A stretch of DNA of 32,000 bases from Gemmata obscuriglobus (GTDB taxonomy: Bacteria; Planctomycetota; Planctomycetia; Gemmatales; Gemmataceae): positions 4,770,001-4,802,000 of the forward strand of contig NZ_CP042911.1 of the NCBI RefSeq assembly GCF_008065095.1, written 5' to 3'. A program made the position numbers and the translations under genes. The notes below the pieces were generated by a model that saw only the letters and a program-made list of their open reading frames with translations, ran no database searches and was not told the DNA's origin. Shown piece by piece: positions 7,492 to 15,893 of the stretch (its first letter is position 1; each line of letters opens with the position of its first letter).

Positions 7492-7929
7492 TCATGCGTT
7501 CGGATTGTCTCCCAACACGATAGAGACAGTCACCAGTTCCGTGCGTTCGCTCCCGCCGACCCGCTTCCAGAACGCGAGCCCGGCCGCGTTGTCGGCCTTC
7601 ACCCACAGGTTGATTTTCTCGACGCCCTCGGCACGAAGTGCGCCGGCGCACCGGTCGAAAAGGGCGCGGCCGATCCCACGCCCGCGAAACGCCTCGGCGA
7701 CCGCGACATGGTGCAGGTACCCGCGGCGCCCGTCGTGCCCCGCGAGGCTGACCCCCACCAGTTCGCCCGCCGCACCGAGCGCAACGAAACTGCACCCCGG
7801 GTTGCGCCGCAAATACCGCGCGAGCGCGGCCGGACTGTCCGCGTCGCGCAGGCCGATTCCGGGCAACCCTTGCCACAGCGTGAGCGCCGCGGGTATGTCT
7901 TCTTCGAGCATCGAACGAAACGTGACCAT
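7492..7929 (-). CDS. GNAT family N-acetyltransferase
   Basis: 145 aa from the ATG at 7929 (MVTFRSMLEEDI...), with acetyl-CoA-binding motif FRGRGIGRAL. It is the C-terminal part of the 444-aa track ORF 7492..8826, whose upstream portion is antisense to the lipid kinase. Its stop lies 1 nt before the truB start. Confidence 0.85.
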   Translation of the reverse strand: MVTFRSMLEEDIPAALTLWQGLPGIGLRDADSPAALARYLRRNPGCSFVALGAAGELVGVSLAGHDGRRGYLHHVAVAEAFRGRGIGRALFDRCAGALRAEGVEKINLWVKADNAAGLAFWKRVGGSERTELVTVSIVLGDNPNA

Positions 7930-7950
7930 CGCCGAACCCGCGAGGCCGGA

Positions 7951-8877
7951 ATGCACGCCACCTGTGTGATTTACAACCCGGCGGCCGGTCGCGGAAGGGC
8001 AGAACGGCTCCTCAACGCCCTCCCGCCGTCGCTCGCGAGCGGGGTCGAACTGCGCCCCACAACAACGGAGGGCCATGCGGTCGAACTCGCCCGCCGCGCG
8101 TGTGACGACGGGTTCGTGAAGGTCGTGGCCGCCGGCGGGGACGGCACCGTTCACGAAGTCGCGAACGGCGTCCTCCAGAGCGGGCGCCGCGACGTGGTGT
8201 TCGGCACCTGGCCGATCGGCTCCGCCAACGACTTCGCGTTCACCCTCGGCCTGGACGTTTGGTGGAAGATCCGCGAGCAAAACCCGCCCCTGGACGTGCT
8301 CGAAATCGATGTGGGCCGCGTGACCGCACCGGGCCGGGAACGGTTCTTCGTGGATTCGGTCGGGATCGGGTTCAACGGCATGGTGACCATCGAATCCCGC
8401 AAAACGAAGTGGCTCGCGGGGCTGCCGCTGTACGCCTGGGCCTTCCTCAAAGCGCTGGCGCGGCACTTCGCTACACCGCCGATGACGGTCCGGTTCGACG
8501 GCCGCGAGATCACCGGTCCGACGCTCGCGCTGTCGATCCTGAACGCGCAACGGGAAGGCAACTTCCCACTGCGCCCGAACGCCATCCTCACCGACGGTCA
8601 GTTCGACTACATGCACGCGAAGGGGCTCACCCGGCTGCACCTCGTTCGGTACTTGCCGGCCATGGTGCGCGGTAAGCTCCCGGAAGGTCACCCGCGACTG
8701 GCGCTCGGCCGCGCAAGCCGCATCGAGGTGCAACGGGAGGCACCGCTGTGCGTGCATGCGGACGGTGAGTTCGTGTGTGTGCCGGAGGACGGCGTGAAGG
8801 AAATCGCGATCGAGGTGCTGCCGCAACGTCTCAAGGTCGAGGTGTACCGGCCGGCACTGTACGGCGGCCTTCAGTAA
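7951..8877 (+). CDS. diacylglycerol kinase family lipid kinase (YegS/BmrU-like)
   Basis: 308 aa from the ATG at 7951 (MHATCVIYNPAAGRGRA...), with the GGDGT motif (AAGGDGTVHEV) and IGSANDFA. The track ORF 7354..8877 begins upstream with non-coding-like sequence. Confidence 0.85.
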   Translation: MHATCVIYNPAAGRGRAERLLNALPPSLASGVELRPTTTEGHAVELARRACDDGFVKVVAAGGDGTVHEVANGVLQSGRRDVVFGTWPIGSANDFAFTLGLDVWWKIREQNPPLDVLEIDVGRVTAPGRERFFVDSVGIGFNGMVTIESRKTKWLAGLPLYAWAFLKALARHFATPPMTVRFDGREITGPTLALSILNAQREGNFPLRPNAILTDGQFDYMHAKGLTRLHLVRYLPAMVRGKLPEGHPRLALGRASRIEVQREAPLCVHADGEFVCVPEDGVKEIAIEVLPQRLKVEVYRPALYGGLQ

Positions 8878-8999
8878 TCCGCACGCCGTTTGGTCACAAG
8901 TCCACAGATCTTAAAGTCGCGGGCCACTTCGCGAAGGCGCCACGGACTTCACAACCTAAGGACTTGTGGTCCAAAGGGCTCAACGGCCGTCGGTCAGCA

Positions 9000-9311
9000 T
9001 TAGTTGTGCGGGATCTCGACGCGGCACCAGCCGAGGTCCAGGTACGTGGCCTTCGAGCTGTCGTTGTGGAACACCTTGGGGTGCAGCGAGTAGATCACGA
9101 ACCGGCCGTCCTTGATGTCTTCAACCAGCCCGGCGGTGCGGAGCACACCCAGGTGATGAGACACGTTCACGATCTCAACGCCCAGTTCCTTCGCCAGTTG
9201 GGTCACGTTCTTGGAGCCGGTGCGGAGGCACTCGATGATGCGAATGCGGTTCGGCTCGGCAAGCGCCTGGAGCATCACGGCGCAATCTTCGGCTTGCTTC
9301 TTGTCGGTCAT
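9000..9311 (-). CDS. ArsR/SmtB family transcriptional regulator
   Basis: 103 aa with winged-HTH pattern LAEPNRIRIIECL...NVTQLAKELGV..VNVSHHLGVLRTAGLV. Confidence 0.9.
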   Translation of the reverse strand: MTDKKQAEDCAVMLQALAEPNRIRIIECLRTGSKNVTQLAKELGVEIVNVSHHLGVLRTAGLVEDIKDGRFVIYSLHPKVFHNDSSKATYLDLGWCRVEIPHN

Positions 9312-9424
9312 CGGTCAGTTCCCCTGAAGCGAGTTTAGCGGAGAGGGTGGCACGGCGGCCGCGGCGGAACTGAATACTCCGTCAGGACATGGGGAATTCT
9401 CAACAGAGTTATTCAATCAAAGTC

Positions 9425-9452
9425 TTTATAGGCCAGCGGTGGCTAAAGGCAA
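9425..9452 (-). promoter_or_regulatory. candidate sigma70-type promoter for the ArsR-family gene
   Basis: On the minus strand: TTGCCT (9452-9447), 16-nt spacer, TATAAA (9430-9425). It sits in a locally AT-rich stretch ~115 nt upstream of the start codon. Hexamer match only. Confidence 0.3.
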
Positions 9453-9490
9453 GCAATTTCAAGGTAACATTCAGGAGATTGCCGTTTCAA

Positions 9491-9718
9491 TTAAGCATTT
9501 TTCCGACCACACCATGAGGCTCCGCACGGCGGGCCGTCGCCGCGACAGTTGGTCGCCGGCGCGCCCTCGGATACTCGCCCCAGAGCGGGCAACCCGATCA
9601 ACTGATCCAACTCCTTCCCCTCGCACTTCGGGCACGTGACTGCCACCGCCGTGCGGGACGAGGTGAGTGCCTCGAAGCCGTGCTCACAGTTCCGGCACTT
9701 GTATTCGTAGAGAGGCAT
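9491..9718 (-). CDS. FmdB family zinc-ribbon protein
   Basis: 75 aa from the internal ATG at 9718 (MPLYEYKCRNCEHGFE...VTCPKCEG), the classic CxxC...CxxC FmdB N-terminus. The longer track ORF 9491..9940 overlaps the rhomboid gene. Confidence 0.8.
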   Translation of the reverse strand: MPLYEYKCRNCEHGFEALTSSRTAVAVTCPKCEGKELDQLIGLPALGRVSEGAPATNCRGDGPPCGASWCGRKNA

Positions 9719-9734
9719 ACCGTTCTCCCGGGTC

Positions 9735-10652
9735 TTACTTTCGTCGCTTCTTGTAGAGTTCACTCGCCTGAACCAGAATCTCGTTCTCTTCGGCCGTGAG
9801 GCTACCGCGGCCGTTTCGGGACACCTTCTCCAGAATCGCGTCGAGCTTCGCCTCGAGCTGTTCGTCGGCGGGCTTGGCGGGGCGCGGGGCTTCAACGGCG
9901 GCCGCAACAGGTTCGGGCCGGTCCTCTTCAGGCGGGGCATTCACGACCCGCAGCCGGGGCCGCGCGCGGGCGGACGGGTCCCGTGCGAATAACCGGCCGA
10001 ACTCGACCCCGGTTTCGTAATAGAGGAACCCGAACGCCGCCCCGCCGAGGTGCGCAAAATACGCCACGCCCCCGCCCGCGTGTCCGAACCCCATGAGGCT
10101 GTTGAACCCGACGAACAGGATCGCGAGGAGCCACGCCGGCACGGGGATGAAGAAGTACAGCCGCAGTTGTGCGTGCGGGTAATACAGAGCAAACACCACC
10201 ATCGCCGCCGCGACCGCGCCGCTGGCGCCGATCGCGCCGACCTTTTCCCCACCGGGCGCGACACCGGTCACCTGGGTGGCAACGAACACGATGTTCGCGA
10301 CCACCCCGCCGATCAGGTAGAACAGCACCAGCTCGCGCCCGCCGCGCCGCTCCTCGAACCGCCCGCCGGCCCAGTGCAGCACCAGCATGTTGAAGAACAG
10401 GTGCATCAGGCCGCCGTGCAGGAACACCGCCGTGAGCAGCCGCCAGACCTCGCCCTCCAGGACCTTATTCGGCCGGCACGAGCCATACTGGATCAGCGGT
10501 CCGGCATCGAAGCCCCCGCCGATCGTGGAGAACATTTGCCCGAAAAACACACCGACGGTTATCGCGATCAACCAGGTGGTGGCCCCCTGCTGACCGACCC
10601 GATCAAAAAAGCTCGGGTTGTCGCGGTAATAGTCCCGATCTTGGATGCCCAT
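9735..10652 (-). CDS. rhomboid family intramembrane serine protease with a ~90-aa charged C-terminal tail
   Basis: Start taken at the ATG at 10652 (MGIQDRDYYRDNP...). Motifs HGGLMHLFFNM, catalytic Ser in GASGAV and catalytic His in AHLGGAAFG, with multiple TM segments. The stop lies 16 nt before the FmdB gene start. Confidence 0.9.
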   Translation of the reverse strand: MGIQDRDYYRDNPSFFDRVGQQGATTWLIAITVGVFFGQMFSTIGGGFDAGPLIQYGSCRPNKVLEGEVWRLLTAVFLHGGLMHLFFNMLVLHWAGGRFEERRGGRELVLFYLIGGVVANIVFVATQVTGVAPGGEKVGAIGASGAVAAAMVVFALYYPHAQLRLYFFIPVPAWLLAILFVGFNSLMGFGHAGGGVAYFAHLGGAAFGFLYYETGVEFGRLFARDPSARARPRLRVVNAPPEEDRPEPVAAAVEAPRPAKPADEQLEAKLDAILEKVSRNGRGSLTAEENEILVQASELYKKRRK

Positions 10653-10760
10653 AGACCGCCCCCGAACACCGCGATTTGAACGCCTTTGTACTACTGTACC
10701 AGACGATACGGCGAACGGGAACGAACCGGCGCGGACATCGCCGCGGGGCGGACCGCACAC

Positions 10761-10789
10761 TTGACAAACCCGGTCGCGGCGCTTACAAA
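10761..10789 (+). promoter_or_regulatory. candidate promoter of tRNA-Glu
   Basis: Perfect TTGACA (10761-10766), 17-nt spacer, TACAAA (10784-10789). The predicted start is a few nt before the tRNA 5' end at 10802. Confidence 0.5.
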
Positions 10790-10801
10790 ACCTCTGAAGC
10801 C

Positions 10802-10874
10802 GGCCCTATCGTCTAGAGGCCTAGGACGGAGCCCTCTCAAGGCTCAAACTCGGGTTCGAATCCCGATAGGGTCA
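10802..10874 (+). tRNA. tRNA-Glu (anticodon CUC)
   Basis: 73-nt cloverleaf folded by hand. Acceptor GGCCCUA/UAGGGUC, D arm GUCU-AGAGGCCUA-GGAC, anticodon stem GAGCC/GGCUC with loop CU-CUC-AA, and T arm UCGGG-UUCGAAU-CCCGA. CCA is not encoded. Confidence 0.9.
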
Positions 10875-10907
10875 CTTAGTCGGCAGAACGCGTTAGAATC
10901 TTGAGGC

Positions 10908-10954
10908 AGCGTGAGCCGGGCCGGAATTATTTCCGCCCGGCTCACGCTGTTTTC
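10908..10954 (+). terminator. intrinsic terminator after tRNA-Glu
   Basis: AGCGTGAGCCGGGC (10908-10921) pairs with GCCCGGCTCACGCT (10935-10948) around a 13-nt loop, followed by GTTTTC. Confidence 0.7.
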
Positions 10955-11043
10955 ACACCCACACACAAGTTCTGATGGCTGCCCACCGCCGGGGCAATTA
11001 GCATGTCTCTCGTCCAATCCCCTCCTCACACCCCGGCGCGCCC

Positions 11044-12420
11044 GTGATCTCGTCAAGAGCCCACAGCATTTGGACGGTTTCCGTTCTGCTCCTCGCGCTC
11101 CCGGCGGACCTGTCCGCGCAGAAGCCGCCTTACGATGTCTTCCCACCAGCCGACCCGCCGTACTACCGCGTGCGGTATGAAGCGTCGGCCAAGATGGGCG
11201 AGCTGCCCTTCGCCGTCAACTACACGGTCTGGGTTCCAAAAGGTGTGAAGGCGCTCCGCGGGGTGATCGTCCACCAGCACGGCTGCGGCGAAGGGTCGTG
11301 CAAGTCGGGCCTGACGGGCGCGTTCGACCTGCACTGGCAGGCGCTTGCCCGGAAGCACGACTGTGCTCTCCTGTCGCCGGCCTACGAGCAGCCGGAGAAG
11401 GCCGATTGTCAGTTGTGGTGCGACCCGCGCAACGGCTCGGACGCGGCGTTCCGGAAATGCCTGATCGACCTCGGCGCAAAATCCGGACATCCGGAACTGT
11501 CGGAAGTGCCGTGGGCGCTGTGGGGGCACAGCGGCGGCGGGCACTGGGCCGGTGGCATGGTGATGCTGCACCCGGAACGAGTGGCGGCGGCGTGGCTCCG
11601 CTCGGGCGTGCCGCTCCTGAAGCCAGACCCGACCCGGACCGGGATCAAGGCTCACACGCTCCCCGAAGCGGCGCTGAAAGTCCCACTTATGTGCAACCTC
11701 GGCACGAAGGAAGGGGTCACCGTGAAGGACCCGCGGTTCGCGAGTGTATGGCCCGCCAACGAGACCTTCTTCAACGAGGTGCGCGGGAAAGGCGGGCTGA
11801 TCGGCGTGGCCGTCGATCCCCTTTCGAGCCACGATTGCGGCAACCAGCGGTACCTCGCGATCCCGTGGCTGGACGCGTGTCTCAGCGCCCGCTTACTGAA
11901 GCAAGCGGGGAAACCGCTTAACGCGATGCCGACCGAAGGCGTTTGGCTCGCACCTCCGACCGGTAGCGAGGCGACCCCGGCCGCGAAGTTTACCGGCGAC
12001 CCGCTCAAGGCCGCGTGGCTCCCGAACGAGTCGATCGCCCGGGCGTGGGCTCAGTACGTGAAGGACTCCGCGGTCACCGACAGGACACCCCCACCCCCAC
12101 CGACCAACGTCCGGCGCAACGGCAACGAGATCACATGGGACGGCGAAGCCGATCTGGAGAGCGGGCTGGCGGCTTTCGTGATCGAGCGCGACGGGAAAGT
12201 GATTGGGACCGTTCCCGAGCAGGGGAAGAACCCGTTCGGGCGGCCGGTCTTTCAGAACCTGCAGTACAGCGACACCCCCACCCAGCCGTTCGTCCCGATG
12301 AAGTTCACGGACACTAAAGCCGAGGCGGGGAAGAAGCACGTGTACCGCGTGATCGCGGTCAACACGGCAGGACTCAAGTCTAAACCGAGCGAACAAGCCG
12401 CCACGCCACCGGCCCCGTAA
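11044..12420 (+). CDS. secreted alpha/beta-hydrolase-like esterase with a C-terminal fibronectin-III-like domain
   Basis: 458 aa with a GTG start and signal peptide ([19 protein letters not shown]). Nucleophile-elbow motif GHSGGG. The C-terminus ([19 protein letters not shown]...[15 protein letters not shown]) looks FN3-like. Confidence 0.7.
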   Translation: MISSRAHSIWTVSVLLLALPADLSAQKPPYDVFPPADPPYYRVRYEASAKMGELPFAVNYTVWVPKGVKALRGVIVHQHGCGEGSCKSGLTGAFDLHWQALARKHDCALLSPAYEQPEKADCQLWCDPRNGSDAAFRKCLIDLGAKSGHPELSEVPWALWGHSGGGHWAGGMVMLHPERVAAAWLRSGVPLLKPDPTRTGIKAHTLPEAALKVPLMCNLGTKEGVTVKDPRFASVWPANETFFNEVRGKGGLIGVAVDPLSSHDCGNQRYLAIPWLDACLSARLLKQAGKPLNAMPTEGVWLAPPTGSEATPAAKFTGDPLKAAWLPNESIARAWAQYVKDSAVTDRTPPPPPTNVRRNGNEITWDGEADLESGLAAFVIERDGKVIGTVPEQGKNPFGRPVFQNLQYSDTPTQPFVPMKFTDTKAEAGKKHVYRVIAVNTAGLKSKPSEQAATPPAP

Positions 12421-12443
12421 TCCCGACCCCTGAGCCGACCTGC

Positions 12444-13301
12444 ATGAACCCGACGCCCCGCCCCGCCCCGCCCGAGTCGTTCGGCGCCATGCTCGAACAG
12501 GCCCTCGGTGCCGTCGTAGCAATCTCGGAGCGCGACGACCTGCGCAACGTCGCCCGTGCCGTGTCTCACGCCGCCTGGGACCGCTTCATCGGCTCGCGTG
12601 GGCCACGAGACAACCGCCAGGAGCACGAGTGGGTCGTACTCGCCAACGTCCTGCGAATCGCCGAAGCGGAGCGGCTCACGCTCTCCGAGAAGCGCGTCGC
12701 CGTCGCGTTCACCTTCACCCACGACTCGCACTTCATCCCGCGCATCTCGGAGCAGGAGGTGCGCGAAGCGAGATCACCCGAAGCGAAAGTCCTGCTGGAA
12801 ACCAGAAAGGAAGCGCAACGGTACGAGCACATGCGGTTCGGCGCCGCCAACGCCCGCTCGCTGCTGAACCGGCTAACAGATCCGCGCACCGATGACGGGC
12901 CGCTGCTGACCGCCGAAGAAATCGACCGGTGCGCGCAGATCATCAGCACGCACGACGCCTGGAAGCTCCGCAACCCGGCCCCACCGCCCACCGGTGATCG
13001 CCTCGCCCTGGCGTGCGTCGAGGGGGATGCCCTGTGGCCGCTCCACCCGCTCGGTGTGCTCGCTGACCTGGAGCGGCCGAACGATCAGGGCGTGACAAAG
13101 GACTTCAATGACCCGCAAGCGTGGCGCGTGCAGACGCAGCAAAGCTGCCAAACGCTCGTGGAGTTCCGGGCCAAGTGGAAAGGGTTTCCCGCCTCAGACT
13201 TCGTTGACGGAGAGTCGATCTTCCGAACCCAAGAAGGGGGCCACCTGTACAGCGCGTGGCGACGGCACTGGAATCTGACCGACCTGGAGCGCGGGGTCTG
13301 A
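12444..13301 (+). CDS. hypothetical protein (possible HD-type metal-dependent phosphohydrolase; weak)
   Basis: 285-aa ORF with coding-like composition. It contains two HD dipeptides in plausible contexts (FTFTHDSHF, ISTHDAWK). No secure family assignment. Confidence 0.55.
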   Translation: MNPTPRPAPPESFGAMLEQALGAVVAISERDDLRNVARAVSHAAWDRFIGSRGPRDNRQEHEWVVLANVLRIAEAERLTLSEKRVAVAFTFTHDSHFIPRISEQEVREARSPEAKVLLETRKEAQRYEHMRFGAANARSLLNRLTDPRTDDGPLLTAEEIDRCAQIISTHDAWKLRNPAPPPTGDRLALACVEGDALWPLHPLGVLADLERPNDQGVTKDFNDPQAWRVQTQQSCQTLVEFRAKWKGFPASDFVDGESIFRTQEGGHLYSAWRRHWNLTDLERGV

Positions 13302-13315
13302 AAACCGACTGGGTT

Positions 13316-13361
13316 CAGTGCCGTGCACCCGCACACAATGCGAGCGGGTGCAACGGCACTG
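13316..13361. terminator. 17-bp hairpin between convergent genes (bidirectional terminator-like)
   Basis: CAGTGCCGTGCACCCGC (13316-13332) pairs with GCGGGTGC-A-ACGGCACTG (13344-13361) with one bulged A. No strong U-tract. Confidence 0.4.
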
Positions 13362-13367
13362 ACACGC

Positions 13368-14351
13368 TTACTTCCCGATCAGCGGCAGAATCACACGGTC
13401 CACATCCGCCTCTGTTTGCACCGGCGGGACGTTGCCGTGCAGCTCCCAGCTTTCCTTGAGTTCCGCGGACGCGCCGGGGGCGAGGGTCACCAGCTCTCCG
13501 ACTGTCTCCATTTCGAGCATGTCCTCGTTGGAGAACGTTTGGTACCGCGTGCCCCGGTCGGGGTACACCGCTCCCTCGCGGTAGTCGAACCGCTTAACGA
13601 ACAGCGTGCCCGAATTCAGGTAGCCGACCCACCCTTCACGGTGCGCCAGGCCGATCTTGGTCGGCCCCTTGTTCACGTCCTGGCGGAGCAGCGCGTAATT
13701 CTTTCCGAACGTCCAGCGGGTGTCCGCGAAGTCGAAATACGGCCACAGGATCAGCTCCTGGTTCGGGCCGTAGTCCGCGGGGGACTTGGCGTTGCTCGGA
13801 TGCCCCGGGTGGTTCTTTTTCGGCGGCAGTGGGAGGATTTCCACCCCCCCGGGCGCCATCACGGTCGGCCCCCAGGGCGCGAGTTCGGTCGGCGCGGTCC
13901 CGATGTTCGTCACGCGGAGAGTGACCTCCACCGCGGTGCCGCTCGGGGCGAGGCGCAGTTCCATCACCTTTTGAACGCCGTACTCGGTCTCGGGCGGCGG
14001 GGTGAACCGGGCGCCGTGCGTCCCGATCGCCTCCCACTTCACCGGGCGGTTGTCTGCGAAGTACGTGCGGGTGAGATCTTCAGGCGCGAGCCAGAACCGG
14101 TGACCGCCACGGATCTGCCATTCCGCCTCGCCGGTGCCGCCCATCATGGAGTCGTAGTTCTTCATCACGTTGAACCCGCCGGGGAGCCGGTACGCGATCA
14201 CGCGCGGCCCCACGTCCAGGGTCACCACCAGTTCGACCGCACCGTTGGTGAGCAGCAGGTTGTTCTTCCACCCGCGGTATTCGATGACGTCCACGCCGCT
14301 GTGCCTCGCTGGAGAGAAAAAAGGGGAAGTAAACGAAGCAACGGTCGGCAT
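13368..14351 (-). CDS. hypothetical protein, galactose-mutarotase-like / DUF4380-like
   Basis: 327 aa with no signal peptide. Sequence such as GGHRFWLAPE..., TNIGT.P.ELAPW and E.ETVGELVTLAPGAS...W.L resembles aldose-epimerase-fold DUF4380 proteins, from memory. It lies 36 nt downstream of the surface-protein gene on the same strand. Confidence 0.6.
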   Translation of the reverse strand: MPTVASFTSPFFSPARHSGVDVIEYRGWKNNLLLTNGAVELVVTLDVGPRVIAYRLPGGFNVMKNYDSMMGGTGEAEWQIRGGHRFWLAPEDLTRTYFADNRPVKWEAIGTHGARFTPPPETEYGVQKVMELRLAPSGTAVEVTLRVTNIGTAPTELAPWGPTVMAPGGVEILPLPPKKNHPGHPSNAKSPADYGPNQELILWPYFDFADTRWTFGKNYALLRQDVNKGPTKIGLAHREGWVGYLNSGTLFVKRFDYREGAVYPDRGTRYQTFSNEDMLEMETVGELVTLAPGASAELKESWELHGNVPPVQTEADVDRVILPLIGK

Positions 14352-14387
14352 GTTTCCACGCCGACCGTTCGCATAATCCGTTTCAGT

Positions 14388-15563
14388 TCACTTGGAGCCG
14401 AGCATCCGGACACCGAGCCGCCACGTCCCGACGGTGCCGAGAGCGATCGCACCCAGCAACAAGCCCGCGGGCGCCGGAACCGGGTTGGTCGGCGTTGTCG
14501 GGGTCGTCGGCGTATTCGGGTCGGTCGGCGTTGTCGGGGTCGTCGGCGTGTCGGGGCCTCCCACCGGCGGGGTCGTGGTCGTGGTGGTCGGCGGGGTTGT
14601 GGTCGTGGTCGTCGTACTGCCCCCCGGCGGGGTGGTCGTGGTCGTGCCGTTATTCGGGTTGCTGAAGAACCCGCCACCGCCACCGGTGCCACCACCCAGA
14701 CCGCCGACACCGCCTCCGCCCAGCGGCGCACCGGCACCACCCGCCAGCCCACCGCCGCCGGCGGTCAGCGCCCGGGCCATCGCCCCCGTACCCGCTGCCC
14801 CGCCGCCCGCGTATCGCAGAGCGAACTGCGACTGGGTAGCGCTACCGTCCGCCTGCGGAAGGCCTTGCAGCCGGATCAGTTCCCGACCACGAAGGTCCGG
14901 GTTCTCGATCAGCAGCGCGTCGTCCTTACCGGTCAGGGTACCGAGGTACTCCTGAGCGCGGGTCACGTAAACCGGCGCCTCGGCTTTCGGGTAGTTGGCC
15001 TGGAAGTCGCCGTCGAACAGGTCGAGCTTCAGTTCCCCTTGGGCCGGTTCGGGCTCCTGAATGACCTCCCACAGGGCGATTTGGAACGCCACCGCGTCGG
15101 TCGGGTCGACCGACTTCAGGACCGGATCGCGGAAGTGGCGACCGAACAGTTCCTGGACGAGGCGGGCGCGGCGGTTGGTAACATCCCCAACCTTATCCTG
15201 CGCGACCCCGGCGAGGTTGAAGTTCTTGGGTTCGTAGAGGTTGTTTGCGCGGAACTGGTAGGTCTTTTCCGCCACGATCGGGACCAGCACCTCGGCGCAG
15301 TAACCGGTGAAGTTCCGGTCGAGGCCGTTGGTGCCGTACTCGGTGCGCGGGACTTCCCACCGGAAGACCCCGGCGGAGCAAACGCTTTCCTTGAACTTGC
15401 CGTCCTGCTTGTACTTGTACTTGAACTGCTCCTTCGGCTCGAGCCTGTTGTAGAACACTTCAAGGGCCGGCTCCTGCCCCACCGCTCGCGTTTGCGAGAA
15501 CAGGGCGAGCGGGACGGCCGCGACAAGGGCGGCCAGCCGGGCACGGACGGATGAACGACACAT
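14388..15563 (-). CDS. secreted surface protein: thioester-domain-like N-terminal module, Gly-rich and Thr/Pro-rich stalk, PEP-CTERM-like C-terminal anchor
   Basis: 391 aa with signal peptide MCRSSVRARLAALVAAVPLALFSQTRAVGQ. GYCAEV (Cys89, codon 15297-15299) and AFQIALWEV (Gln161, codon 15081-15083) resemble the [YFL]CxE and TQxA[IV]W thioester motifs. C-terminus: VPAPAG-LLLGAIALGTVG-TWRLGVRMLGSK. Confidence 0.75.
   Translation of the reverse strand: MCRSSVRARLAALVAAVPLALFSQTRAVGQEPALEVFYNRLEPKEQFKYKYKQDGKFKESVCSAGVFRWEVPRTEYGTNGLDRNFTGYCAEVLVPIVAEKTYQFRANNLYEPKNFNLAGVAQDKVGDVTNRRARLVQELFGRHFRDPVLKSVDPTDAVAFQIALWEVIQEPEPAQGELKLDLFDGDFQANYPKAEAPVYVTRAQEYLGTLTGKDDALLIENPDLRGRELIRLQGLPQADGSATQSQFALRYAGGGAAGTGAMARALTAGGGGLAGGAGAPLGGGGVGGLGGGTGGGGGFFSNPNNGTTTTTPPGGSTTTTTTTPPTTTTTTPPVGGPDTPTTPTTPTDPNTPTTPTTPTNPVPAPAGLLLGAIALGTVGTWRLGVRMLGSK
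14487..14558. repeat. 36-bp tandem repeat (2 copies) inside the Thr/Pro stalk coding region
   Basis: GGTCGGCGTTGTCGGGGTCGTCGGCGT occurs at 14487 and again at 14523. On the minus strand it encodes TPTTPTTPTDPN and TPTTPTTPTNPV. Confidence 0.8.
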
Positions 15564-15847
15564 GGCGGACGAGCTCCCGCGTTCAAGACGCCGGACTAAA
15601 AATCACTCAGCGCGGAGGGTCGCGCTACATTAAAAGACGATACCGAGGGCCGGTTGTTCTTAAAAGACCGTTCTCATCGGAAAGCGCGTACGCCACACCG
15701 AATTAAACGGTCGCATGAACCGTAACGTTTATTTCGGCACAGCGACAGCAGGAATTCACTTCTGGAAACACGGCCGGGGGTATTACGGGCGCTTTCACCG
15801 GCACCTTGCACGAAGTTCGTGTGAGAAGCGAGAACATCTTCGGCGGC

Positions 15848-15856
15848 TGCTATAAT
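15848..15856 (+). promoter_or_regulatory. candidate extended -10 promoter element for ygiQ
   Basis: TGcTATAAT (TG 15848-15849, TATAAT 15851-15856) ~38 nt upstream of the ATG at 15894. No good -35. A 13-bp palindrome CACGAAgTTCGTG lies at 15809-15821. Confidence 0.3.
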
Positions 15857-15893
15857 CAGCGTGGATCAGCCCTTTCTATTCCAGGCCGACGTG

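Noticed and set aside
6703-8826. Overlapping ORFs 6703..7410 -, 6953..7969 +, the 5' part of 7354..8877 + and the 5' part of 7492..8826 -
   Set aside because: Only the truB frame, the last 145 codons of 7492..8826 (GNAT) and the part of 7354..8877 from the ATG at 7951 (lipid kinase) show family motifs. The remainder is R/P-rich antisense sequence.
8899-8969. Imperfect inverted repeat CACAAGTCC/GGACTTGTG and the 10-bp palindrome CTTCGCGAAG between the lipid-kinase and ArsR genes
   Set aside because: It has a short stem and a ~50-nt loop. It is most simply a weak bidirectional terminator, with nothing further to support a specific function.
9371-9417. Possible ArsR/SmtB operator (TGAATA ... 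TATTCA half-sites; TCAACAGAGTTATTCAAT) upstream of the ArsR-family gene
   Set aside because: The half-sites are 33 bp apart, and the local sequence is only a weak inverted repeat rather than a 12-2-12 palindrome. The resemblance to known operators rests on memory and is too weak to call.
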